A stretch of DNA of 44,909 bases from Deltaproteobacteria bacterium (lineage in GTDB: Bacteria > Myxococcota > Myxococcia > Myxococcales > 40CM-4-68-19). Below, piece after piece: positions 19,886-28,793 of this stretch (position 1 is its first letter; every line of letters begins with the position of its first letter). Under the pieces are notes generated by a model. It was given only the letters and a program-made list of their open reading frames with translations, made no database searches and had not been told where the DNA came from. The stretch lies in the NCBI GenBank assembly GCA_043782365.1, contig JAYWAO010000012.1, positions 1 to 44,909 of the forward strand, written 5' to 3'. Both the position numbers and the translations under genes were made by a program.

Positions 19886-21328
19886 CTAGCGCAGCACCTG
19901 CACCGCTTGCTGCAGGGGACCTCCGCCGCGCACCTCGAGCCGCGCCTTCGGCCCGCCGGGCGCGCCCGGCAGGATGCACGCGTCGATCTCGCTGCGGACC
20001 CCGAACCGGCCGGCGAGGTACACGCCGGGCTCGATGGAGAAGCAGGTGTTCACCAGGTGGCGGCGCGCGTCGTGGGTCTCGAAGTCGTCGTTGTTCACGC
20101 CGTCGCCGTGGCCGTGCGTGTCGATCGAGTGGCCCGTGCGGTGGAGGATCCGGTCGCCGTAGCCGGCGGCGATGAGCACGCGGCGCGCCTCGGTGTCCAC
20201 CTCCGCGCCGGTCACCGCTGCGCCGTTCTCGAGCCGGGCCTTGAGCAGCGCCAGCGCGGCGTCGCGGGCGCCGAAGACGGCGCTGGCGGCCTTGGCCACC
20301 TCGGAGGGTACTCTCTCTCCGATGTAATACACTTTCGTCAGATCCGCGAAGATCGAGTGCGGCCCGCTCGCAGCCCGCGTCGCGAAGTCGAGCAGCAAGA
20401 AGCTCCCGGCGACCACCGCCGCCGAGCCTTGCGCGGCCGGAGCGTAGTGCGGGTCGGCGGTGTGCGCGTCTGCCGAGACGCCGGGCCAGCCTTCACCGAG
20501 CAGCCCATCGGCCTTCCACCGCGCCTGCGCGAACTCCTGCAGCTCCTTCTCGGTGGCGGGCGTGCCGGCGCGGATGCGGCGCGCGGCCTCCTCGGCGACC
20601 GCGTCGAGGCTCTTGCCCAGCAGCTCGGTGGTGCGCGCCTGGTCAGCCAGCTCTGCCGCCGAGAGCGTGCTGGCTGCGAGCGCGATCAGGTCCGCGGCCG
20701 AGACCGGCTCCACGCCCAGCGAACGGACCAGCTCCAGCGTCCCGCCGTCGACGCGCGACACGGTGGGGATCTCGTTGCGCGGCGACCAGTCCATCGCGAC
20801 TCTCCGGGCGCCCTGCAGCAGGCGCGCGAGCTCCTTGTCGCGCTCGCGCCAGCTCGCATAGACCGCCGCGCTGCCCGGCACGCCGTCGAGCGCGCGGGGC
20901 TCGATCGCGTGCACCAGCTTGCGGGGCGCGCCCTGCGCGGGGATGAGGCAGTACCAACGCCGCGAGCGCGCGCCCGAGAGGTCCAGGTTGAGCACGCGGT
21001 AGGCGATCGGGTCGGAGCGGCGGAAGTCGGCGAACAGCCATCCGTCGAGCCCTGCCGTGCGCAGCGCGGCCTGCAGCACGACGAGCCGCTCTGGCGTGAG
21101 GCCAAAAGGCTCGGGCGGCGGGGTCGGTGGAGCGGCTGGCGCGGGCGCGGCGATCGGGGTCGCCGCAGTCGCCGCAGGCGTCGGCGCCGTCCCGGTAGCT
21201 CCCGCAGGCGAGGCCACAGGAGCAGGCGGAAGGGGCGGCGTCTGGGCCCGCGCGTCGAAGGCCATCACCAGCGAGATCGCAAGCGCGGCAAAGAGAAGCG
21301 CGGCGAGGGGCTCCGGCTGGTGCCTCAC
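19886..21328 (-). CDS. Secreted M24-family metallopeptidase (Xaa-Pro aminopeptidase-like)
   Basis: ORF 19886..21592(-) trimmed to the GTG at 21328, which overlaps the upstream stop (GTGA). Signal peptide RHQPEPLAALLFAALAISLVMAFDARAQ. M24 metal-ligand region HRTGHSIDTHGH..CFSIEPGVY..GVRSEID. Confidence 0.8.
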   Translation of the reverse strand: MRHQPEPLAALLFAALAISLVMAFDARAQTPPLPPAPVASPAGATGTAPTPAATAATPIAAPAPAAPPTPPPEPFGLTPERLVVLQAALRTAGLDGWLFADFRRSDPIAYRVLNLDLSGARSRRWYCLIPAQGAPRKLVHAIEPRALDGVPGSAAVYASWRERDKELARLLQGARRVAMDWSPRNEIPTVSRVDGGTLELVRSLGVEPVSAADLIALAASTLSAAELADQARTTELLGKSLDAVAEEAARRIRAGTPATEKELQEFAQARWKADGLLGEGWPGVSADAHTADPHYAPAAQGSAAVVAGSFLLLDFATRAASGPHSIFADLTKVYYIGERVPSEVAKAASAVFGARDAALALLKARLENGAAVTGAEVDTEARRVLIAAGYGDRILHRTGHSIDTHGHGDGVNNDDFETHDARRHLVNTCFSIEPGVYLAGRFGVRSEIDACILPGAPGGPKARLEVRGGGPLQQAVQVLR

Positions 21329-22239
21329 TTCCCGCCCGTTCCCACGAAGCCATCCTCGCGATCCCGGAAGAGCACGTTGAACGTCGTCAGCGACCCGTAG
21401 CACCCCGTGATGTACGCCTGCAGCTCGACCTTCTCGTGGTCGGTCAGCTTGGGGTGCGCGTTGAGCTTCTGCTCGAGCACCCGCAGCTTGTCGCGGACCA
21501 TCACCACCTTGTGCAGGAGGGCGTCGATGGGCAGCTCCTTCGCCTGCAGCGCCGGGTCCTGGGGCTTGAGTAATACAGTTCCGCCCTCCCACTTGCCGGC
21601 CACCACCGCGGCGCCGCCCCCGCGCTCCTCGTCCATCGCTTCGCGGATCAGCGCCTTGAGCTCTTCACGCGTCATCTCGAACTCCTCGAGCGGCCCATCG
21701 GGGATGGGCGCTCTGCGCACGAGCGGCGGTGCGGCCCGCGGCTCGCGCTGGGTTGAAACTCCGACCTTCTGGGCCTGCCTGGCGATGGTCAGCGTCACCG
21801 CGCTCGAGCCGCCCGTGGCCTTGCCGCGGGCATCGAGCGCGCCCTGCCGCGGCAGGTAGGAGGCGCAGATGGGCGCGGTGCAGGGGAACTCGCCGCGGTC
21901 GCTGCGCACGCGGCAAGTGCCGAGCAAGAGGCCGCGCCGCGTTTCGATGATCTTGTAGACCACGCAGGTGCCGCAGATGGGGCCGAAGCCGCAGAGGTGG
22001 CCGATCTGCGAGCCGTCGCTGAAGCAGCGCTCGACGTCGGGGCAGTCCTGCTTGGGCGGGAGCAGCCGACCGGAGGGGCCGAGGGCGCCGACGGCTTGCT
22101 GGGATGGCAGCGCGGCGGGCGGCTTGTCGGCGGCGCCCGTCATCGCGGGCGGCTTTGCCTCGGCAGACGGCTTCGCCTCCGGGGAGGGCGGTGCACCGGG
22201 AGGCGCGGGCGGCGTCGGATCCATTCCGTTGAAACCCAT
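21325..22239 (-). CDS. Hypothetical protein with a Pro-rich N-terminus, a Cys-rich (zinc-ribbon-like) middle region and a conserved helical C-terminal domain
   Basis: Uniformly high GC3 across the ORF. The start is uncertain (TTG 22248, ATG 22239 or ATG 22224). Cys cluster CPDVERCFSDGSQIGHLCGFGPICGTCVV..GTCRV..FPCTAPIC. Translationally coupled to the M24 peptidase gene. Confidence 0.65.
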   Translation of the reverse strand: MGFNGMDPTPPAPPGAPPSPEAKPSAEAKPPAMTGAADKPPAALPSQQAVGALGPSGRLLPPKQDCPDVERCFSDGSQIGHLCGFGPICGTCVVYKIIETRRGLLLGTCRVRSDRGEFPCTAPICASYLPRQGALDARGKATGGSSAVTLTIARQAQKVGVSTQREPRAAPPLVRRAPIPDGPLEEFEMTREELKALIREAMDEERGGGAAVVAGKWEGGTVLLKPQDPALQAKELPIDALLHKVVMVRDKLRVLEQKLNAHPKLTDHEKVELQAYITGCYGSLTTFNVLFRDREDGFVGTGGK

Positions 22240-22297
22240 CGCTCGCAAGAGGGCACGCGGTCAAGCACGAGGGCAACGGTGTCACAAGGGGCAGTAG

Positions 22298-22315
22298 GTA
22301 GCACAGCTGTGCTAC
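22298..22315. promoter_or_regulatory. Perfect 18-bp palindrome GTAGCACAGCTGTGCTAC, candidate operator of the RHH antitoxin
   Basis: Self-complementary over all 18 nt. It lies 21 nt upstream of the antitoxin ATG (22336) and overlaps a -10-like TACACT (22312-22317). A GAGGGA RBS follows. Confidence 0.6.
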
Positions 22316-22335
22316 ACTCCGTTCACGAGGGATCC

Positions 22336-22626
22336 ATGGCAGCGACCACCACGACGATCAGGCTTCCCCCAGCGCTCAAGCTCCGTGTCGCCGCCGCTGC
22401 GGCCAAGGCGGGCAGCACCACTCACGGCTTCATCCTCGAGGCGATCGCCGAGAAGGCGGAGCGCGCCGGCCTCCGCGACGACTTCGACGCAGAGGCCGAC
22501 CGCCGCGCCGCCGAGATCGACGCTGGGGGTGCCACCCTCTCGTGGGAGTCGGTGCGCGGCTACGTCGAAGGGCGCCTGGCGGGGACGAAGGCGCGGCGTC
22601 CCGCTGCCAAGAAGAAGAAGCGGTAG
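22336..22626 (+). CDS. Ribbon-helix-helix (CopG/Arc family) antitoxin
   Basis: ATG 22336 within ORF 21997..22626. N-terminal RHH pattern TIRLPPALKLRVAAAAAKAGSTTHGFILEAIAEKAE. Its stop lies 3 nt before the toxin start. Confidence 0.75.
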   Translation: MAATTTTIRLPPALKLRVAAAAAKAGSTTHGFILEAIAEKAERAGLRDDFDAEADRRAAEIDAGGATLSWESVRGYVEGRLAGTKARRPAAKKKKR

Positions 22627-22629
22627 CCA

Positions 22630-22926
22630 GTGGCGCGCATCGTCCTCGCTCCGGGACTGGTGGACGACTTCGACCGGATCCTGGGCCACCTCCTGCAGCA
22701 CGAGAGCGAGGCCACTGGAGAGCGGGTGCGCGCGATCCTCGCGGCCATCGACGTGCTGGCAACGAGCCCCCTGATCGGCCGGCCAGCGAGGCGCGGGAAG
22801 CGTGAGCTGGTGATCGGCCGGGGTGCCAGCGGCTACGTCGCTCTTTGTCGGTATTCGCCGACGAGCGACACGGTGACCGTGCTGGCCGTGCGCGCGCAGC
22901 GGGAAGCGGGCTACGGGCTGCGGTGA
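22630..22926 (+). CDS. RelE/ParE-family type II toxin
   Basis: 98 aa with a GTG start. ParE-like pattern (..ILGHLLQHESEATGERVRAILAAIDVLATSPLIGRP..RELVIGRGASGYVALCRY..VTVLAVRAQREAGY). Confidence 0.75.
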   Translation: MARIVLAPGLVDDFDRILGHLLQHESEATGERVRAILAAIDVLATSPLIGRPARRGKRELVIGRGASGYVALCRYSPTSDTVTVLAVRAQREAGYGLR

Positions 22927-22964
22927 GAGCCGTCAGGGCAGCCGCTCGAACAGCGGGGACGCGC

Positions 22965-24527
22965 CTATTCCGCCAGCGCCGCCCGCCGCCGCACCAGCTC
23001 CGCCAGGAGCCGCACGCCAGACCCCGTCCCGCCGCGCGGCAGGTACCCGCGCTCCTTGTCGAGCGACGCGGGCCCCGCGATGTCGAGGTGCACCCACGGC
23101 ACCTTGCCGACGAACCGCTGCAGGAAGAGCGCGGCGTTGATGCTCCCTCCGTACCGCCCGCCGGTGTTCTTCAGATCGGCGACGGGGCTCTTGATCAGCT
23201 CCTCCATCTCGGGCGGGAGCGGCATGCGCCAGACCGACTCGCCGGCGGCGGCGGCGGCGGCCTGCACCTCGGCGGCGAGCGCGTCGTCGTTGGAGAAGAG
23301 GCCCGCCGTCCACGGCCCGAGCGCGACCAGGATGGCGCCCGTGAGCGTGGCCAGATCGATGATCGCCGCCGGCTCGTGCTCCACCGCCCACGCCAGCACG
23401 TCGGCCAGCACGAGGCGACCCTCAGCGTCGGTGTTGAGCACTTCTACCGAGACGCCGGCCTTGCCCGTGATCACGTCGCCCGGCTTGTAGGCGTTGCCTG
23501 CGGGCATGTTCTCGCAGGCGCCGAAGAAGCCGTGGACGGGGAACGGCGGCTCGAGCTGCGCGACCAGCTCCATCGCGCCGATCACCGCGGCGGCCCCGGC
23601 CATGTCGACCTTCATGTCCTCCATGCCCTGCGCGGTCTTGATCGAGAGGCCGCCCGAATCGAAGGTGACCGCCTTGCCGACGATGACGAGCGGCTTGTGC
23701 TTGCCCGCCTCCTTTGCGCTCGGTGAGCTCGGTGAGCTGGGAGGGATCCACGACAGCTTCACCAGCGCAGGCTTCTCATCCGAGCCGCGGGCCACCGCGA
23801 GGAACAGCTCCATGCCCAGCTTCTCGATGCCGGAGCGGCCGTGGACTTCGCAGACCAGCCCGCGCTCCTTGGCCACGCGCGCTGCCGCCTCGGCGAGCGC
23901 CTTGGGCGTCATCTTCGAGGGCGACTCGTTGACCAGGTCGCGCGCGCCGCAGGTGGCCGCCGCGATCGCCGCCCCGAGGATGGCGCCGCTCTCGACCAGC
24001 TCCTTGGTTCCGCCGCCCGCCGCCAGCGCCGCCTCGCCGTCGACGAGCAGCTTCAGCGCCGTGAGCTTGAGCGGCTTCTTGTCCTTCAGGTAGGCGTCGA
24101 ATCGATAACCGCCCAGGCCCGCGCCCTCGGCGAGCGCCTGCACCTCGCGCGAGAGCCGCAGCGGCTCGGAGGCAGCGGGCCAGGAGAGGCCCAGCGTCTT
24201 CGCGCCCGACTGCCGCGAGGCCTTCACCGCCCGCGAAGCCGCCTGCCGCAAGGTCTCCAGCGAGGCGTCGAGCCCCTTCTCCTTGCCGAGGCCGAGCAGG
24301 AGCAGCCTGCGCGCCGGCAGCTTGCCGAAGGCGTGCACCATCAGCTGCTGGCCTTCGCGGCCCTTGAACTCCTCCTCGGCGCAGGCCTTGGCGAGCTGTC
24401 CCTTGAAGACCTTGTCGAGCGCGGCGAAGCGCGGGTCGCCGGCGGGGCCCTCGCGCAGGCAGAGCACCAGCAGGTCGCAGGTGTGCTTCTGGAGCGGGGC
24501 GGCGAGGACGCGGGTGTCGATCGGCAT
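22965..24527 (-). CDS. pepA: Leucyl aminopeptidase (M17 family)
   Basis: M17 signature NTDAEGRLVLAD, plus VGKAVTFDSGGLSIK and MKVDMAGAAAV. Confidence 0.9.
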   Translation of the reverse strand: MPIDTRVLAAPLQKHTCDLLVLCLREGPAGDPRFAALDKVFKGQLAKACAEEEFKGREGQQLMVHAFGKLPARRLLLLGLGKEKGLDASLETLRQAASRAVKASRQSGAKTLGLSWPAASEPLRLSREVQALAEGAGLGGYRFDAYLKDKKPLKLTALKLLVDGEAALAAGGGTKELVESGAILGAAIAAATCGARDLVNESPSKMTPKALAEAAARVAKERGLVCEVHGRSGIEKLGMELFLAVARGSDEKPALVKLSWIPPSSPSSPSAKEAGKHKPLVIVGKAVTFDSGGLSIKTAQGMEDMKVDMAGAAAVIGAMELVAQLEPPFPVHGFFGACENMPAGNAYKPGDVITGKAGVSVEVLNTDAEGRLVLADVLAWAVEHEPAAIIDLATLTGAILVALGPWTAGLFSNDDALAAEVQAAAAAAGESVWRMPLPPEMEELIKSPVADLKNTGGRYGGSINAALFLQRFVGKVPWVHLDIAGPASLDKERGYLPRGGTGSGVRLLAELVRRRAALAE

Positions 24528-24558
24528 GAGCGGGAGTGGTCCTTGTCGGGTTGCGATC

Positions 24559-25785
24559 CTAATGAAACTTGAGGTGCCCGCGCAGCATCTCGCGCGCGAG
24601 GTCCTCCGGCGTCATCCCCAGCCGCGTGGCGATGCCGCGCAGCCGCGCGTCCTCCTCGGGCAGGAGGTCGAGCGTCAGGTTGCCCGGCCGCGGCCGCTGC
24701 GGCGCGGTGCTCTCGGCCGGCGGCGGCTCGGCGAGGTAGCGCGGCCCGGAGCCCGCAGCGCCCGAGGCCAGGGCATCCACGTCGAGCTCGTCGAAGCGGC
24801 TGTTGGACAGGCCCACCGCGGAGGGCTGCACGCCCGAACCCACCAGCCGGCTGCGCTCCTCGTCGATCTCCTCCTTGAAGAGCTGCCGGATGAAGGTCGC
24901 GAGGTGGTTGTTCGAGGGGGTGAACTCGTTGTTGGCGAGGAACCGGTCGAGCTCGAACTGCATCTCCCACGCGCTCTGGTAGCGGTTCGCAGGGTCCTTC
25001 TCGAGCGCCTTCATCAAGATGGCCTCGACGGGCTCGGGCACGTCGGCCTTGAAGTAGCTCGGCTTGTAGATGCGCCCCTCGGTGATGGCCTTGAGGATGG
25101 CCACGTCGCTCTCGCCGGTGAAGAGCTTGAAGCCCGTCACCCACTCGTAGAGCACCACGCCGAGCGAGAAGAGGTCGCTGCGGTGGTCGAGCGGCCTGCC
25201 GGCGCACTGCTCGGGCGACATGTAGCTCAGCTTGCCCTTGATCTCGCCGGCCCGCGCGTGCTCGACGATGTTGGCGGCCTTGGCGATGCCGAAGTCGAGG
25301 ACTTTGACCCCGCCGTCGAAGGTCACGAAGATGTTCTCGGGCGTGACGTCGCGGTGGACGATGCCGAGGGGCGCGCCAGAGAAGTCGGCCTTCTGGTGCG
25401 CGTAGAACAGGCCCTCGAGCACCTGCGAGGCGATCTTGCACGCGTAGACGATGGGGAAGCTGATCCCCTGCTGTTCGGCCCGCGGGAGCACGCGGCGCAT
25501 GTCGCGGCCGTGCAGGTACTCCATGGCGATGAAGTAGCTGCCCGAGGCCCGGCCGAGGTCGAGGATCTGGACGATGTTGTGGTGGGAGAGCTGCGCCGCG
25601 AGCTTCGCCTCGTTGAGGAACATCTTCACGAAGCTCTTCTTCTCGGCGAGGTGGGGCCGGATCTTCTTCAGCACCACCGTCTTCTCGAAGCCCTCCATAC
25701 CCGTCTGGCGGGCGAGGAAGATCTCGGCCATCCCGCCGATGGCGATGCGGTCGAGGAGGACGTACTTGCCGAACGTCTGCTGCAT
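24559..25785 (-). CDS. Ser/Thr protein kinase with a C-terminal ribbon-helix-helix-like tail
   Basis: Hanks kinase motifs (IAIGGMAEIFLA, VVLKKI, HRDVTPENIF, DFGIAKA, SYMSPEQ). The last 40 aa or so, LTLDLLPEEDARLRGIATRLGMTPEDLAREMLRGHL, have an RHH-like pattern. Confidence 0.85.
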   Translation of the reverse strand: MQQTFGKYVLLDRIAIGGMAEIFLARQTGMEGFEKTVVLKKIRPHLAEKKSFVKMFLNEAKLAAQLSHHNIVQILDLGRASGSYFIAMEYLHGRDMRRVLPRAEQQGISFPIVYACKIASQVLEGLFYAHQKADFSGAPLGIVHRDVTPENIFVTFDGGVKVLDFGIAKAANIVEHARAGEIKGKLSYMSPEQCAGRPLDHRSDLFSLGVVLYEWVTGFKLFTGESDVAILKAITEGRIYKPSYFKADVPEPVEAILMKALEKDPANRYQSAWEMQFELDRFLANNEFTPSNNHLATFIRQLFKEEIDEERSRLVGSGVQPSAVGLSNSRFDELDVDALASGAAGSGPRYLAEPPPAESTAPQRPRPGNLTLDLLPEEDARLRGIATRLGMTPEDLAREMLRGHLKFH

Positions 25786-25919
25786 GGAGCGAAAGTAGCA
25801 CGGAGCGCGGGGCCGCTGCGGGGAGAGGGTGGGGTGGGGAACCCCGGCACCTCTCCCCTGGCCTGCCGACGCGCAGAACGCCCCGGTGATGCGTTTTGCG
25901 ACGCCGCGGTTTGTCAGCT

Positions 25920-25980
25920 GTTCGGTGCTCTAGAGCGCCGATCGGTCTGGCGACGGGAGTCAAACCGTTCGGTGCTCTAG
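25920..25980. repeat. 14-nt exact direct repeat GTTCGGTGCTCTAG (25920-25933 and 25967-25980)
   Basis: Read directly from the sequence. The second copy contains the pilA stop codon (CTA 25977-25979 on the + strand). The copies flank 33 nt containing the palindrome CCGATCGG. Confidence 0.7.
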
Positions 25981-26573
25981 CGGTTGACGTCGTTGTAGTC
26001 GTTGCTGGGCTCGCCCCCCGAGACGTTGCCGATGTTGTCGCAGGACGAGGTCACGCGGCTGTTCGAGGTGATCGACCAGACGTCGAAGGTGGAGTCCGCG
26101 TCGATGTTGCCGACCGCGAAGCCGCCCCAAGTGGCGCCGGCCGTGTCCGAGCCAATGAACGCCGCGGCGTTGGTCCCGCCCGTCGCGTTGGTGCAGATGT
26201 TGGCGATGGTGGTGGTGGCGAAGGCGGCGCCGTACTTGAACACGTCGGCCTGCACGCCCTGCGCGGTGGTGGCGGTGGTGGCGATGGCGGTGCTGCGGTT
26301 GTCGACGCCCGTGCCGCCGAGGAAGTAGTTGTAGCGGTTGTTCCGCTCGGGCGCGAAGCCGACCTCGCCGACCAGAGTCGAGAAGCGGTCCTTCTCCGAG
26401 TAGAAGGCCTTCTCGGCGGTGAACATCGCCTTCGAGTTGGACTTCGCCTCGCTCTGCTTCGAGCGCGCCTGGAACTTGATGAAGTTGGGGATGGCGATGG
26501 CGGCGAGGATGCCGATGATGGCGACGACGATCATCAGCTCGATGAGGGTGAAGCCTTTTTGGTGCTTGGACAT
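25977..26573 (-). CDS. pilA: Type IV pilin (PilA-like)
   Basis: Class III signal and N-terminus [46 protein letters not shown], very close to my recollection of Myxococcus xanthus PilA. RBS GGAGAG lies 3 nt before the ATG. Confidence 0.9.
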   Translation of the reverse strand: MSKHQKGFTLIELMIVVAIIGILAAIAIPNFIKFQARSKQSEAKSNSKAMFTAEKAFYSEKDRFSTLVGEVGFAPERNNRYNYFLGGTGVDNRSTAIATTATTAQGVQADVFKYGAAFATTTIANICTNATGGTNAAAFIGSDTAGATWGGFAVGNIDADSTFDVWSITSNSRVTSSCDNIGNVSGGEPSNDYNDVNR

Positions 26574-26624
26574 TTTCTCTCCGGGCGGGTGTCTGGAGTT
26601 TCAGAACGCGTATCAGACCAAGGT

Positions 26625-26640
26625 TGCACCCCTCGTGCCA
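26625..26640 (-). promoter_or_regulatory. Sigma-54 (-24/-12) promoter of pilA: TGGCACGAGGGGTGCA
   Basis: The reverse complement of 26625-26640 reads TGGCAC-N5-GTGC. GG/GC spacing is correct against the TGGCAC-N5-TTGC consensus. The site lies 52-67 nt upstream of the pilA ATG. M. xanthus pilA is known to be sigma-54 dependent. Confidence 0.7.
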
Positions 26641-26762
26641 CGACATCCTCGGGCAAAGCCATTGGGTGAGAGATTGGGGCGGGCACCTCCACCCTGGGGC
26701 ACCCGGTCGTTGACCCTTCCCCCTGCGAACGGTAGAACGCGCCCCTTTCGTCGGGAGCACCG

Positions 26763-27851
26763 TTGCTAGACAAGCTGCAGGAGATCGAGCGCCGCTTCGA
26801 GCGGCTCACGTCAGACCTCTCCAACCCGGAGGTGATCTCCGATCGGGCGAAGTTCCAGGCCGTCGCCAAGGAGCGCTCGCAGCTCGAGCCGCTCGTCGAG
26901 GCGTTTCGCGGCTACCGCCGGGTGAAGGTGCAGGTCGAGGACAACGAGGCGCTGCTCGACGACAAGGATCTGGGCGAGATGGCGCGCGAAGAGCTCCCGG
27001 CGCTGCGCGCGCAGAAGGACGACCTCGAGGGCAAGCTGAAGATCCTCCTGCTCCCCAAGGACCCGAACGACGAGCGCGACGTGATCTTGGAGGTGCGCGC
27101 GGGCGCGGGCGGCGACGAGGCCGGCCTCTTCGCCGCCGAGGTGCTGCGCATGTACCTGCGCTACGCCGAGCGCAAGGGCTGGAAGGTCTCGCTGCTCGAC
27201 TCCTCCGACAACGCGGCCGGCGGCATCAAGGACACCTCGGTCACCATCTCGGGGCAGGCGGTCTTCTCCTCGATGAAGTACGAGAGCGGCGTGCACCGGG
27301 TGCAGCGCGTGCCGGCCACCGAGGCGCAGGGGCGCATCCACACCTCGACCTGCACGGTGGCGGTGATGCCCGAGGCCGAGGATGTGGATGTCGTCGTCAA
27401 CCCGGCCGACATCCAGATGGACGTGATGCGCTCGACGGGCGCCGGCGGGCAGAGCGTCAACACCACCGACTCGGCGGTGCGCCTGACGCACAAGCCGACC
27501 GGCATCATCGTCAAGTGCCAGCAGGAGAAGTCGCAGCTGAAGAACCGGGCGATGGCCCTGAAGATGCTGCGCGCCAAGCTCTACGAGATGGAGGTGGAGC
27601 GGCAGCAGAACGCCCGCGACGCCACCCGCAAGAGCCAGGTCGGCACCGGCGACCGCAGCGAGAAGATCCGCACCTACAACTTCCCCCAAGACCGGCTCAC
27701 CGACCACCGCATCAGCCTCACCCGGCACAACCTGCCCGCGGTGATGGACGGCGACGTGGAAGACGTGATGGTGGCCTGCCGCACCTGGTTCCAGGCCGAG
27801 GCGCTGCGGGCCCAGATGTCCCAGCCCTCGTCGCACTCGCAAGGCAAGTAG
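26763..27851 (+). CDS. prfA: Peptide chain release factor 1
   Basis: TTG start preceded by GGGAG. RF1 tripeptide PAT ([14 protein letters not shown]). GGQ motif ([20 protein letters not shown]). Confidence 0.9.
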   Translation: MLDKLQEIERRFERLTSDLSNPEVISDRAKFQAVAKERSQLEPLVEAFRGYRRVKVQVEDNEALLDDKDLGEMAREELPALRAQKDDLEGKLKILLLPKDPNDERDVILEVRAGAGGDEAGLFAAEVLRMYLRYAERKGWKVSLLDSSDNAAGGIKDTSVTISGQAVFSSMKYESGVHRVQRVPATEAQGRIHTSTCTVAVMPEAEDVDVVVNPADIQMDVMRSTGAGGQSVNTTDSAVRLTHKPTGIIVKCQQEKSQLKNRAMALKMLRAKLYEMEVERQQNARDATRKSQVGTGDRSEKIRTYNFPQDRLTDHRISLTRHNLPAVMDGDVEDVMVACRTWFQAEALRAQMSQPSSHSQGK

Positions 27852-27852
27852 C

Positions 27853-28734
27853 GTGGCCGAGCAGGTCTGGACCATCCGGGCGCTGCTCGTGTGGGCGAAG
27901 GGCTGGCTGGAGAAGAAGGGGGTCGAGAGCCCGCGGCTCGACGCGGAGCTCCTGCTGGCCGACGCGCTCAAGGCGCCGCGCATCAAGCTCTACGCCGAGT
28001 TCGACAAGCCGCTCACCCCGGCCGAGCTGGCGAAGTTCAAGGCCCTGCTCCTGCGCCGGGCCGAGCGCGAGCCCGTGGCCTACCTGCTCGGCGTGCGCGA
28101 GTTCTACGGGCGGCCGTTCTTGGTGGACAAGCACGTCTTCATCCCGCGGCCCGAGACCGAGCTCTTGGTGCAGCTCGCGCTGCAGCACCTCGACCGCCTG
28201 CTCGAGGGCGCGGCGGGCCTGCGCGCGCTCGACCTCTGCGCGGGCAGCGGCGCGGTCGGGCTCTCGCTAGCGGCCGAGCGGCAGCAGCTGGCCGTGGATC
28301 TGGTGGAGCTGTCTCCTGAAGCGGCCGTCGTCACGCGCAAGAACGCCGAGGCGCTGGTGCCGGGCCGGCCCTCGGTGCGCGTGCTCGAAGGCGACCTCTT
28401 CGCGCCGCTCACCCAAGGGGCGCACTACGAGGTGATCTGCTCGAACCCGCCCTACATCCCGCTCGGCGACAAAGGCGAGCTGGCGCCGGAGATCCTGCGG
28501 CACGAGCCGCACCTCGCGCTCTTCGGCGGCGAGAGCGGGCTCGAGTACGTCGCGCGCATCGTCGCAGCGGCCCCGCGCTGGCTCACGCCGGGCGGCGCGC
28601 TCTTCGTCGAGCTCGATCCGAGTGGCGCGCAGCGTGCAAAAGAGCTGGCCGTGCAGGCGGGCCTCGTGCAGGTCCGCATCGAGAAGGACCTCGCTGGACA
28701 GGACCGCATCCTCGTCGCCCACGCCGCGCTCTGA
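27853..28734 (+). CDS. prmC: Release-factor glutamine N5-methyltransferase (PrmC/HemK)
   Basis: GTG lies 1 nt after the prfA stop. SAM motif LDLCAGSGAVG. Catalytic NPPY (VICSNPPYIP). Confidence 0.9.
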   Translation: MAEQVWTIRALLVWAKGWLEKKGVESPRLDAELLLADALKAPRIKLYAEFDKPLTPAELAKFKALLLRRAEREPVAYLLGVREFYGRPFLVDKHVFIPRPETELLVQLALQHLDRLLEGAAGLRALDLCAGSGAVGLSLAAERQQLAVDLVELSPEAAVVTRKNAEALVPGRPSVRVLEGDLFAPLTQGAHYEVICSNPPYIPLGDKGELAPEILRHEPHLALFGGESGLEYVARIVAAAPRWLTPGGALFVELDPSGAQRAKELAVQAGLVQVRIEKDLAGQDRILVAHAAL

Positions 28735-28793
28735 TCTACGTTCTATAGAATCGAACCTCTCGCCGCTCTCGCCAGAGCACCAAGGCAGCCACC

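Noticed and set aside
19876-19892. GCTAGC-AAAGC-GCTAGC between convergent aguA and the M24 peptidase gene.
   Set aside because: The two NheI-type palindromes are just the TAG/CTA stop codons of the two convergent genes in similar GC contexts. No stem-loop of terminator quality is present.
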